Source: Adineta vaga (Eukaryota; Animalia; Rotifera). Taken from it: a stretch of 64,000 bases of DNA. Under the pieces are notes generated by a model. That model was not told where the DNA came from, made no database searches, and saw only the letters and a list, made by a program, of their open reading frames with translations. This document shows, in pieces, positions 25,964 to 39,774 of this stretch. Position 1 is the first letter of the stretch. Each line of letters begins with the position of its first letter. Position numbers and translations under genes: made by a program. The stretch covers positions 5,890,001-5,954,000 of the forward strand of contig CP075494.1 in the NCBI GenBank assembly GCA_021613535.1, written 5' to 3'.

Positions 25964-26313
25964 ATGTCAGCTAAGTGGATAAACAATGTAAAAATGGGTG
26001 GTTATGATTTGGGAAGAAGCTATTTAGCAACTACAGCTCTTGGTCCATGTATTGGTTGCTTAGTTTTGCAAGACAATGACGAATACATACATATTGAACA
26101 CTGGGATCATCCTCATCTTCCATCTAAAATTTTTCGCTGAGTCAACTCGTTATTTTTGTTCACGTGTTGCACTTCTTTGTGCTGATAAGATTAAAGACAA
26201 TGATGGAAGAGAAATGTTTGATATTGCAAAAAATTTATTAAACAAAAAAACAAAACAAAAGTTTGTATAAAACGACAAAAAAATTGGTACGTGTTGGTGA
26301 AGACATACCTAAG
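25964..26313 (+). pseudogene. Frameshifted CheD-like (Cys-His deamidase fold) gene
   Basis: Reads MSAKWINNVKMGGYDLGRSYLATTALGPCIGCLVLQDNDEYIHIEHW. The frame breaks in homopolymer runs near 26130 and 26245 and ends at a GT donor. A possible later acidic exon lies at 26758-26841. Confidence 0.5.
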
Positions 26314-27363
26314 GTAAAAATTTTATATCTTTAATTCTCAATTTTATCTATTGATGAACAAAACTAAATGCTTTTTGACATATTCTATCTAGTACATGCA
26401 TATATGAGTTTTAAAGTATAATACAATCCTATCTTCCTATTTCTCTACGATCACAACGATCATCGAAGGATTGATCATCTGTTAATAGAAAAAATTGTTT
26501 AGTTCTCATGTGGACTGAGTTTTTCGTATGGTCTTTCCGCCAAAGAGAAGATAAGTCAAAATTGATCTGTTTACTCTATTGATAATTTAATTCCCTAGTT
26601 GTTTTAGAAATCAGCATTGTAAATTGACGAAATCAGTGAGTCACTATAGATTGGCAAACTACTTATCGATTTAAATAGGATATCGGACTAACACATTCTT
26701 TCTATTATACATATGTACTTAAGGTTTATATAAATATTTTTTAATGTTGCTTTGCAGATTGTTAAACCACCAATTGATAATGTTGATGAAGATGGCGATG
26801 ATTATGAAGATGATGGTGAAGACGCAGATCTTTTTTTTTAGTTTGAAAAACAAATAAATCCATCATCATTATTTATCTTGATCAACTTAAAAAATACAAG
26901 AATTAATTTCGAAGAATATATTTAAAAAGTCCTAGTTTTCTATTGTTGATATTGATCATGCTTGATAATATCATATATATATATTGATTTGTTTGAAGAG
27001 ATCGCACCATTCTAAATTACATTTGAACTTTGGAAAGCATATAATGCAAAACGATCTTTGGAGAGTATTGTTTGAAAAAAAGAATAGTTACTTCTTTCAT
27101 TGCAAACCATTACGTATCGTTTTTTGTATGTGTCGAATAAAAGAAATTATTCAATGAATGAAAAAGACAGTAAAGAGAAAGTTCAAAATCAAAACTTATC
27201 AAGAAATTTATTTATTTCATGTATGCTCTTTAACATAAAAATAATCTTTATGATAACAACAAGTGATATTCTATTTTTTCAAAGAATGTTCAGCGTGTCA
27301 CAATGTTCTCGTATAATAAAACTCGAAGGTTGTTTGCTTAAAACTATTCATTTTGATATTGAT

Positions 27364-29560
27364 TCAATTTGTGAATGGGACTTGTGAAACACCATCTGAG
27401 ATTTGTTTCATATATTCATCAAAATATATTCTCATTCGATCAACATCTGTGGTGATATATGGTGGTAATGATGTACAAAATGTCGATAAACAAGTAGCAA
27501 GATCTCTCCATAATGTATATTGTGCGTAAATCAAATTTTCAATTAGTCTTTGTAACAACAGATAACATCCAAGATAATATTCGTTGACTTAATCAATTCC
27601 TTTCTCGACAAGATTCATTTATGACATTCTAAACAGAGAAAGAAATAAACAAATCATTCTCATCACTTTAACTTACAGATGATTGTTTGAATTCTTTGAG
27701 AAAATATTCACGAATTGTTGACTTTTTATTTGTCGATAACGAAGATGAATTAGTAATAAGAAGTTGATGATATTTTGAAAAGAGTTTAGCTAATGAGATG
27801 GATTGTTTTTCTTCAAATAGTTGTTCATGATCAGACTTCTTATAAACTTTGCCATGTACATATATATTCACATAACCAATATTTTCCATTGACATTGACA
27901 TGTCTTTCACTTTTGATTGTTAGAATATGTTTGATTCAAGATCCAAATTATTTGTTTGTAATGATTTTAATACATAAGAAAGTTGTTGTGAATATTGGAT
28001 TAACCATTTAAATCGAGATAGTTCAATGAAGGTGATGGATCGATGGGCGAAAAGATGTGTGGCCAGTGAAGTGAAAAAAGATTTTCAATTTATTATACAT
28101 TTTCTGTTCTAATTCAATTTGACATTGAAAGTAAAGTTTTCAGCCCTATCAAAAATCAAATTCCATCAAAATAATGTTTTATACGAAGATCATATAAAAA
28201 TGAACACGAAAAATATGTCATTTAACTGTTGAGATCTTGGCTTGTTTTCTTAAGCAAATTTAAATTCTTGGGTAAGTGGATGTTGTTTCGAATAATTGGT
28301 TTTACTAAACAAAGAGAAAAAATGATTTTTTCAACAAATGACATGGAATGAAACAAACCATGTTGATTGTCTCATGTATTGTTTCCATGAATCCGAACCA
28401 AATTGTCTTTCTCTACCGGTATATTTTTCTTCTCCAAAAGCTCTACCAATCTCAGCATCACTTGTTGGAATATTAACGTTAACCTTAAGACAAAAGAAAG
28501 ATCATAAATCCACAATCAAATCTATTTGGATCAATCAATTTGAATAAACATTTAAGATTCATTGTAAATGTTGAACTTGAGATCAACTTCATTATTCTAT
28601 GTCACAGCTTCTTCAAATGTCTTTTAAACAGAAAGGTAAAAAACGTTTCTATCATACTTTCTATTTAAGAACAGTAACAATCGTTAGTTGAACATAATTT
28701 CCTTTTTTTTCTATATAAAGATTTCCACTATATAAAATTTTTCCACTTCTTCTAAAACTTTTTGACATAACTAAACGGATTGTTTTATATGTTATGCTCC
28801 AAAAGGAACATTTTCTTCACATGGTTCACCAATTCGAGATTCAATATGTTCATAAGCACGACGTATATCTGAGGAAACTTCATCATAAATACCCTTTTGA
28901 ACAATCTAGTGTGAAAAATTCAAAATGAACAAATAGTTTTTTTCTGTTAAAGATGAAAATCATACAAGTCGTCTTGTAGCTGTACAGTTTTGTTCAGCAG
29001 TTCTAACAGCAGCAAAAGCGACAGCAGGAATAGCAAGTAAGAATTCAGCATCACCCATACTAATAGTGCAATTGTTTCCACGTAATTGAAGGATTGCTTT
29101 ATCGAATCTTGCCTGAACTGTTTGTGTAACTTTACAATCTGATTTTCCAATCAGCTCCAGCACGTGTTAATGATGATAAACCACCGAGCAAAGAATTTCG
29201 TGTTAGAACACGTTTAATCATTTTTGTCGTTGCAATACTCGTCAATAGTGCTGTTTGAGTACCTTTCCTATAGTTAAATAAAAATCAGTTTTTGAATAAG
29301 AAGAGAAAAGAAATTTTACTATAGTATCATATTTCAACAAGTAACTGCAATAGCTTGATCCCATCTGAAGACAGCATATGGAAAATAAAATGCTGTAATT
29401 ATTCCAATGTTTCGTAATAGATTCCATTGCTCCATTAGAATATGTTCAGATCCTAAAATAACCTCAATATAGAATAAGACTCGATTGACATATTCACTGA
29501 CTATCGTTCTGAAGGAAGAACTTTGCCTTCGAACATTCATGAACTTCACCAACACTTTCC
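27364..29560 (-). pseudogene. Decayed multi-exon coding remnant(s), family not recognised
   Basis: Protein-like fragments ([69 protein letters not shown]) are bounded by intron-like pyrimidine-AG tracts. They are interrupted by stops and frameshifts. Confidence 0.4.
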
Positions 29561-29994
29561 GGAAGAGTTTTATTTTTTCCCATTGTGATCTATATAAAAT
29601 AATAATAAAACCGAACTAATTTTTCAGGTGATTGAAGGTTTTTTTTCTAGTTCGTACACTGTATGATTGTTGAAATAGCCTTTCATTTAGATGAGCAACT
29701 ACCAAGAATCGATTAGCTGTCATAGTTTCTATTGCATAGATAACCATACCACGACATACATACAAATATTGCTTGTGGGAATATTTTCTGCTGTGTGAAA
29801 AGGTTGAGTTAAGTTATTTATTAACATCTGATATCACTATAACAAATGAGAGAAAAAAGAATGAATAATATGAAATACTGACACGATTTTCTCTTCAGTG
29901 AATAAATATCTTAAATAATGCTTCATAGTAGGAAAAATATTTTATTTTGAATGAAACTATTCATTTATAAATTTAAAAAAGATGGCAGAATTGA

Positions 29995-32457
29995 TTATGA
30001 ACGATAAGATTTTCCTTTGAAGCTTTTCTTATTTGGTCGGACGAGTGCTCTTTGCATTGCTTGTAATTGTTCCATCTTTTGAATATCTGATTTTAACCGT
30101 TTTACTTCTCCATGTTCTTCTCCAAATTTGGCTTTAAAAATCGAAAGACTTTCATTAAAATATTGAAGTGTATCTGTTATTTTATTCATTTTTGCATAAC
30201 ATATACCAATATTGCGTAAACTAGTTGCTAGATCTGAATGATCTGACGGTAAAATTTGTTGATAAATATCACGTACTTTAAATTCACATTCTAATGCTTT
30301 GTCAAACATACGAAAATATGCATATAAACTGGCTATTGATACAAGACATTTCGAGTATGTTTCAAAATCGTATGGAGTATATGTGACGATCAGAATGTGA
30401 GCTTTTTCAAAATAATCAAGAGCTTTACTTGGATCATTATTTTTAAGAATGTCACCTAGAATCATTAACGTTCGAATTGTATTAGGATGGTGATCACCCC
30501 ATTTATTCTTTTGTATATGGAGTTTTTCTTCGCATAATTGTAAACATTTTTTAATATCACCGATTTTAAATAGTGTATCAATAATAACATGCAGAGCTTG
30601 AATAAGATCGGGATGATCGAATGATAAACATTGTTCTTCGATATTCAAGTGCTGATAATAATAATCTAAAGAAGTTTTTAGATCACCTTTTTTCTCATAA
30701 ATGTATCCGATTTGACCAAGACAAAGACCTTCATCATGTTGTTGCTTAGACGAAATACGTTTATACATTTCAAGAGCACGAAATAAATAGTTAAGAGCCG
30801 TATCAAACTCGTTTTTGTTACCATATATTCGGCCAATATTATCGATTAATTTTGCTTTTTGTAAATTATCACCAGGATATTCTCTTTCAGCGATATCTAA
30901 TGCTTTTTGATAATAATCCAGTGCAGAATCAAAGTTACTCTTTCTACTATGAATAAGAGCTATACCCCATAGTGAATCAATGGCATCGGAAGAATTCGAT
31001 GATGAATGATTTTCACAAAGTTGATAAGCAGTTTCATAACTTTTCAATGCTAAATCAAATTCATCTCTATCATTATGTATATTTGCAATGTTTGTATAGA
31101 TTTTAATGATATCTGGATGATCACATGGAAGTGATTGAAGTAACATATTGAAATATTTTTCGACTTGATCCAATAAATCAGAATCATTTAGAAATAAACG
31201 TCCAACATCAATGATTAACGAAGAGTGTTCTGTACCATTTTTGAAATCCGAGTGATATTCATCGATCTTTGCTAAACCTTCATCTGTAGCATATAGTTGT
31301 ACTTTCCATAAATTGAGTGTTGAATCAAAATTAATCGAATGAATTTTAAAGAGTATATTCAGATTGAATAAGACTTCATTATCACATTTGATTGGATTTT
31401 TGTTTGGAATCGATTTAAAGCTAACTGGTTTTATTGATGAATCAACATAAATCTCAAACAGAATGGATGAATAATCTTTTGATATGGTGTTTGCACATGC
31501 AGATTTGACTGCTGTTTCAATGTTTCTTGTTGTAGATAGAAATTCATTTGTTGAAATAATTTTACCAACATTGTCTTTCAATTTTTCGAGTTGTTCATTT
31601 GGAATTTGTGCTCCACGATATACTGATATAATTCCTGTATCTTTCAGTTGTTGACTTTCATTTTCAATGGCTGTACATAGATCAGTAACAAAGAATCGAA
31701 AAGTATAGAGCAATTCAATATCTTCTGTTCGTAATGCTTTGTTTAATAATTTATATAAAAAACATTCATTTGTATACCATTCAATTGCGTTGTCATGGCT
31801 ATAATTTTGTTTGAATTCTTCGATTTTCTCCAATTCGGATTTGTTGTTTTTAAAATAATCACGACACATGTCGATCATTGTTTGCTTTCCTTCTTCGTCT
31901 TGTGGTATTTGTTGAAGAAGAGATATTAATATTGGATGTCGAACTAATGATTTTGATTCTTTCGATAAATCTTTGAATGTTTTCTGCTCTTGATCAAAAA
32001 GACTGAATACAAATGTTTGTTTTTCGATGAGATTCATTTTTTCTTGAATTGATTTTAACAAATTATCTTGATTGGCAAAGATTCCCACCACTTTATTGTA
32101 TTGTTTGATCGATGCTTCTTGATCTTGATGATCTGTAGAAAGAATAAAAATAGCGACCAAACTTCGATGATTATAAATTTGTGTTAGAATAGAAATGTGC
32201 TGTGTAAAATCGCCAGAAAAAATGAGAAAAACTTGTTCATTTTTTAAAGATTTTATAAAATTGAAACACTGTTCAAAATCGGAATAAAATTGAGCAGCTG
32301 GATTCAATTCTAGTACTGACATCCTTCTTAGAAGAAAATCAGATGAATTGTCCATTTTTTCATCGAGCCAAATCAATCGAATATCTTCTTTATTGTCTAT
32401 AGCTTTCTTTGGAGGACGATTTTGATTGTCATCACCAGGCATTGTACTAGAAGCCAT
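29995..32457 (-). CDS. Receiver-like + ADP-ribosyltransferase (R-S-E clade) + TPR repeat protein
   Basis: N-terminal LIWLD..FLIFSG domain, then AIEWYT..FLYKLLNKALR. ART motifs VYRG, FLSTT and DNEVLF. About 9 TPRs follow; intronless CDS. Confidence 0.88.
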   Translation of the reverse strand: MASSTMPGDDNQNRPPKKAIDNKEDIRLIWLDEKMDNSSDFLLRRMSVLELNPAAQFYSDFEQCFNFIKSLKNEQVFLIFSGDFTQHISILTQIYNHRSLVAIFILSTDHQDQEASIKQYNKVVGIFANQDNLLKSIQEKMNLIEKQTFVFSLFDQEQKTFKDLSKESKSLVRHPILISLLQQIPQDEEGKQTMIDMCRDYFKNNKSELEKIEEFKQNYSHDNAIEWYTNECFLYKLLNKALRTEDIELLYTFRFFVTDLCTAIENESQQLKDTGIISVYRGAQIPNEQLEKLKDNVGKIISTNEFLSTTRNIETAVKSACANTISKDYSSILFEIYVDSSIKPVSFKSIPNKNPIKCDNEVLFNLNILFKIHSINFDSTLNLWKVQLYATDEGLAKIDEYHSDFKNGTEHSSLIIDVGRLFLNDSDLLDQVEKYFNMLLQSLPCDHPDIIKIYTNIANIHNDRDEFDLALKSYETAYQLCENHSSSNSSDAIDSLWGIALIHSRKSNFDSALDYYQKALDIAEREYPGDNLQKAKLIDNIGRIYGNKNEFDTALNYLFRALEMYKRISSKQQHDEGLCLGQIGYIYEKKGDLKTSLDYYYQHLNIEEQCLSFDHPDLIQALHVIIDTLFKIGDIKKCLQLCEEKLHIQKNKWGDHHPNTIRTLMILGDILKNNDPSKALDYFEKAHILIVTYTPYDFETYSKCLVSIASLYAYFRMFDKALECEFKVRDIYQQILPSDHSDLATSLRNIGICYAKMNKITDTLQYFNESLSIFKAKFGEEHGEVKRLKSDIQKMEQLQAMQRALVRPNKKSFKGKSYRS

Positions 32458-32749
32458 GTATCTGTTAGAGAAACTAAAAAATTTTAATCAAACCTGCCAT
32501 TCCAAATCGTACTTTATACCAGAAAGATATTGCACAACAGTGGTCTAATTACATTCGCTGTTGTTTTCTCAATACAACAGAGATAACAACGTTATCTATA
32601 CTCTAACAAAATGAACTCTTAGTAAATGAAAAAGCGTGCATATAATAATATTCAGATATATATGTTATTTTATTATCGTTCTATATTCGAGTTTGTTTTT
32701 CGTATTTAATATTGAAAACATGGACACACATTTGCAAAGTTTATTATTG

Positions 32750-33682
32750 TCACAGGAGTAAATATTTCATGATTTTTTGTTTCAAATAATGTCTCAGATC
32801 ACGATTATACATGAAAAGATCAAGTATAACGATCAGTGAACTGAGTGCAGGTAAGAGTTGCAATACGAGATAAAGGGTGTAATATCTATTACTGTCGGGT
32901 GCAATAACAGAAAGTGTATAGATTGGTCCCCATCCAACAATAAATACAATAAAGATAAAAATTATGTGTTTGAGTAAATGCATATCTCGAGCATGCTGAT
33001 GATTGGAATTAGCATGGTTGGAAGTAGTTGTTGATAAAGCTTGAACACGTCGAGTTGAAGAAGCTACATTGAAAAAAATTAATGCATTGAACACACCGAT
33101 GAGAATCGATGGTAATATAAAAATGATAAATAAAGTATAAAATCGAAGCCAAAAAGGTACAAGACTATAATCATAACAGCCCTAGAAAAGAACAAATCAA
33201 TGGATACTATATTCTTAAAGCAATGATTTGTTAAGTATGCTGACTTGAGTTATAACAGCAAAGTTTGGTGAAGGTAAAGTAAACGCTAATATCCATTGTG
33301 TAATTGCTGAAATAATAGACCATGTATGTCGTTGGAAAAGCCTTTTGTTTGGATAAACAACTGCGAAAAAACGACTAATTGTTGTCGTTAAAAGTGCATA
33401 AGTGGTTAAACAGCTACAAACTGTTTGAAAATACCTAAGTAATAGGCATAAAACTGCTTGGTTGCTAAGAAGAATTGGATAGAAACCAAGGATAATGAAA
33501 TATGCGATCCAAAACGAAGCTGAAGTGGCACCGGCTAAACAAATGTTACTTGTGAGAATATTTGCTGCTGTATGAAAACGTTTAACTAAAAGAATTGTTA
33601 AGATATATATCCAGGCGAATATAATAATAGCTAATAGACATATAATTTCTATGATAATCAGAAGTTTAAAAATGTCGACCAT
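32750..33682 (-). CDS. Divergent rhodopsin-class 7TM GPCR, 2 exons
   Basis: RFHTAANILTSN, SRFFAVVYP (DRY-equivalent), GWGPIY and YNRDLR. Phase-0 intron 33182-33244 joins the two ORFs. Confidence 0.85.
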
Positions 33683-34346
33683 GTTCTTCTTAGTGAATAA
33701 ATATTTGAAAAATGAGCAATCTAAATAAAAAAAAAAGAACGTTTTATAAAGATAGCTGTTCATGTTCTTTTATGTTTTAATGAGTGAAGATGACAGTTAA
33801 TGGAAGTGAGACGTAGGGTATGCTCTCAAGCGTATGACAACATGAGTGTTCAATATAACAACAAATATTTTGCACATTTACATCATTGGATCTTTTCATG
33901 CGGGGTGGCTATGAGTACACATATTTACCCTAGAGAAATATTTATGGATGACTATTGTCCGACTGACAAAAACTTACCACAAATATCATCTGAAACGGTA
34001 CCCGTTCATAATTCAAATAACTATGTCGATACGTTTTAACACGTTAACTTATCTTCGATCGCTCATCGTAGGGATACATTTTCATACTTTATTGTCTTTC
34101 AGGTACGTGCATGGATTTTATATACTATTTGTATCTGAATCGTATAATAATTTAATGATTGATCATATACGTATATTCATTTCGTCTATTTTCAATGTGT
34201 TTAACAAAGAACGCCATCTATGCTAACTATTGATTTGTTATTTCCAATATTCTTTTATTATGTATTGAAAGAAAGAAAACCGTTGAATTGAATGAATCGA
34301 AACTGAATACAGCTCATTCAATTATTATTTTCTCTTCATTTTCACG

Positions 34347-37300
34347 ATGCATATACGTGAAATTGTTCTTGAAGGTTTTAAATCATATGCAACTCGAACA
34401 ACTGTCGGCCCATTTGATGAACATTTCAATGCTATAACAGGTTTAAATGGTAGTGGAAAATCAAATATTCTCGATTCAATATGTTTCGTTATGGGCATTA
34501 CATCATTATCACAAGTTCGTGCTCAAGCATTATCAGATTTTATCTATAAACAAGGTACTGCTGGTGTTACACGAGCTAGTGTTTCAATTATGTTCGATAA
34601 TCGAAATAAAGAACAAGCACCTGATGGTTATAAAATGTGTATGTTGTTTTTCTACTTCTTCGTTTATTTAATGAAAACTTGATTGTATCTTTGATTTAGT
34701 TGATGAATTAACTGTAACACGTATTGTTGAATCGAATAAATCAAAATATTTATTAAATGGGAAAAATGCTACTCAATCTGCAATACATGATTTATTTAAA
34801 TCAGTTTCATTAAATGTTAATAATCCACGTTTTCTTATTCTTCAAGGTCAAGTAACCAAAGTTTCTAAATCTAAACCACAAGAAATTCTTGGCCTTATCG
34901 AAGAAGCTGCTGGTACACGTATGTACGATCAAAAGAAAGCTGAAGCTCTGAAAACAATTGCTAAAAAAGATGATAAATTAAAAGAAATTCGTACAACAAT
35001 TGATACTGATATTACACCAACGATTAATAAATTACAACAAGATGAACAAAATTATAAAATGTATACGGAATTAAAGAAACGTTATAAATTAGTGAATGAT
35101 CAACTAATCGCCTATGAATATTGGCAATTGATAACATCAGTTAAACAAACAGAAACTGATGTCGAAAATATGGAAGAACAAACAGATGAATATCAAAAAC
35201 GAAATGGTGTTATTTCCGAAGAGATTCAACAAATTCATACTGAAGTGAAAAGTATTGAAAAAGAAAGAAATGAAAATGTTGGTAATGAAGTATCAGAATT
35301 ACAAACAGTTTATGATAAACAACTTGTTGAACTTCGTACTTTAACGAATGAAAATGATCGTTTAACAAAACAATTATCACAATATAAACAACAGTTAACT
35401 GATTCGGAACAACAACATAAACAATTGACAAATTCTATTGAACAATTAGAAAAAGATATTGATTCAAGTCGTGAAGAATTAGGTGAATTAGATAAGAAAG
35501 TTTTGACAGATACGGAACATGTTAAACAATTACAACGACGTCATGAAGCTGTTAGTACAGGTACAGCTGTTGTTGGAAGTAGTTCACAAGCTGTTGGTGG
35601 ACCTAATGATGATAGTCGTTTAACGAATAAAGAAAAATTAGATAAATATAAAGAACAACGTGGAGAAATAGCCACGAAAATCAAACAACTTCAACAACGA
35701 GTTCGTATTTTTCTCTATTTCGAATTTTTCTTCATGAGAATTCTCTCATCTAGATCGATCATTCTGCAGGAGAATTAAAAAAACTTCGTACAGAACAAAA
35801 ATCGGTTACATCAAAACAAGGAACATATTCGTCCATGCGTAATGAATTTGACAAGAAGAAAACAACATTAACTCAATGTGAAAAAGATTTAGCGAAGTTA
35901 CAATTTGATGTTGAACGTTTAAAACAAATCCGTGCTGATGTTCGTAATGATGATGAACATATGGCACGAGATCAAAATCGTTTACAACAAATGAAACGAC
36001 AAAATCATCAATTAGATTTTCAATATACAAATCCTACACCAAATTTTGATCGAACTAAACATGTTCATGGTTTAGTAGCGACATTATTTAATATCAATGA
36101 TAAAAAATATGCTCAAGCATTAGAATTAACTGCTGGAGGAAAACTTTTCAATGTTGTTGTTGATACAGATGAAACAAGTAAGAAGAAATTGAATTCATGA
36201 AGTTCTAAAAAAAATGACATTCTCTTTAGGTAAACTTTTATTCAAATATGGTGATTTGAAAAAGCGTATTACTTTTGTTCCATTAAATCGTATATCATCG
36301 AATTTAATACCAAAAAATAGAATCGAAGCAGCACGACGTGAATTAGGTGATCCAAATGCAATCTTTTTAGCAAAAGATCTCGTGCGATACAATCAATCGA
36401 AATATGAAACTTTAATGAATTATGTCTTTGGTTCAACGATTATTTGTTCAACATCAGCTATTGCTCAACGTGTAGCATTCGATGAAAAATTAGGTTTAAA
36501 TGCAATGGCAATTACACTAGATGGTGATGTCTATAATCCAGCTGGTATTCTATCAGGTGGTGATCGTGGTGGTGCAAATCGTGGACCAACATTACTTGAA
36601 ATTGTTTCTGAAATGAATCAATTAGAAGAAAATATTCGACAATATAATACTGATAATCGACAAGAATTAACTAAACTTGAACGTGATTATGTTCAATATC
36701 AAAATTTACAACAACAAATTGATGCATTGACAAATGAAATGCAATTATTAGAATTAAAATTGGCACAAAATGATGAACATCGTTTACAAACTGATATTAA
36801 TACATTAGAACAACAGGAAGTAAATAATAAAAATGAATTAGATGAACAACGTCAAGAAGAGAAGATGTTAACAGAAAAAATAAATGATCTTGAGAAATTA
36901 TTTAAAAATGAAGGTGAAGCAAAGAAAAAAGAATTAGCAGAAATTGAACAATTAATGAAAAAAGCTGAAAAACAAGTGGATTTAAGTCGAAAACATTTCA
37001 GAGATATGCAAACACATATCAAAGGTAAAGAATTCATTTTAATTTTCAACTATTTCTTAATGTTTCTTTTTATTTTAATTTAGATTTGGAAATGCAACTA
37101 GATACTCAACGAACTGAACTCGATACATTAATATCCGACATGGATACACTTCGTGGAACGATTGCCACTTGTACACAATCATTAAATGATTCAATACAAA
37201 TCCTCGATAATAAACAAACAGAAGCCGATGAATTATTATCAGATTTACAAACGAAACGTTCACGTTTAACTGAATATAACAATCGTATTCATTCGTTACA

Positions 37301-38257
37301 TCAAAAAGAACAACAATTAATCAAAGAACGTCGCGAAATTGAATTACAATTAGAAAAAAATAAACATTCTCTTGTTGATTTACAAAATATTGTCAAAGAA
37401 TCTGTTCGACGACGACAATTAATTATTGATAAACATGGCCGTTGGATTGAAGAAGAAAAGGAAAAATTCGGTGTACCTGGTGGACAATATGATTTTGCTT
37501 CAATGAATATTGCAAAAATGCAAAAAGATGCAAAAGATGATAAAGAAAAAGTAACCAAAATGAGTAAACATGTCGATGAAAGAGCAATGACTCTATTGGA
37601 ACAAAAACGAGCAATGTATAAACAAGTTCGTATATTTGTTATTCTTCCTTTCGGATTTGACATTTATGTGTTTTTTTTTAGTTATTAACCAAACAAAAGA
37701 AAGTATTGAAAGATAAAGCGAATATTGAACGTGTTGTTGCTGAATGGGATAAGAAGAAACAAGAAGCTTTACGAATTGCTTGGCATCGTGTTAATAAATC
37801 ATTCGGTGAAATATTTTCAACATTACTTCATAATGCAAATGCAAAACTAACTTCTTTAAATGGTCATTATGATGCTGATCGTGCACCGAAAGATCTTGTC
37901 TTAACTGGTTTAGAAATTAAAGTTCAATTTGGTGCATTATGGAAAGAAACATTAGATGAATTAAGTGGTGGTCAACGTTCATTAGCTGGTCTTTCATTAG
38001 TTCTTGCTTTACTTCAATATAGTCCTGCACCTTTATATATTCTTGATGAAGTCGATGCTGCTTTAGATATGTCTCATACACAAAATATTGGTTTAGTCAT
38101 ACGAAAAAGTTTTCGTAATGCACAATTTATCATTGTTTCATTGAAAGATGGAATGTTTTCAAATGCAAATGTTTTATTTACAACAAAATTCGTCAATGGA
38201 ATTTCTACTGTTTCTCGTGCTGAAAATGTTCCAAATAAGAAAACAAAAGAGAAATAA
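34347..38257 (+). CDS. SMC2: Structural maintenance of chromosomes protein 2 (condensin), 6 exons
   Basis: [27 protein letters not shown] (Walker A) and [10 protein letters not shown]. Hinge [11 protein letters not shown] / [11 protein letters not shown]. Signature LSGGQRS and Walker [12 protein letters not shown]. Short introns explain all ORF breaks. Confidence 0.96.
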
Positions 38258-38805
38258 CTTTTCGAATCAAATTTATGTGTAGATATTTTATGTCAGATTG
38301 AATAGTGTATATTTTTCATTAAGAATAAATTGTATTAAAGAAAAGAAAGGCGAAATTTGGATCGAACAAATATAACATTGCTTCCAGCTGTTTGCCTTTG
38401 AGTGATTCATCGTATTTGATTGGTCGTTCAATTGACCAATAGAATTGCATTTGAGATGAATATTTATAAATTAGTTATGCAATACATTTAAAAAACAATC
38501 TTTAACTTAATATTTGAATAATTTTATGAGATGAATCGATTTTTTTATGTTGTTGGATGAATTTTTATGAGTATTTATTTTGAAAAGAAAAAATCAATCA
38601 TCATAGTGGCTAAACTTATCTTGAAAAGGCTGACATCAACGTAGACAGCATACGAGTCATCATCATCATCTTACTCTCACCTGTCTATTTAACACCAGTT
38701 GATAATCAGATTTCATATCTTTTATATAATTTTATCTTCAGATCAGACAGAGATCTCCATCATCGAAACAAAAAGACAAACAAAGTGAAATAATTCACAT
38801 TCATA

Positions 38806-39774
<969 letters not shown>

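Noticed and set aside
36178-36229. Apparent frameshift in the SMC2 hinge
   Set aside because: Explained by a 52-nt GT-AG intron that restores DETSKLLFKYG.
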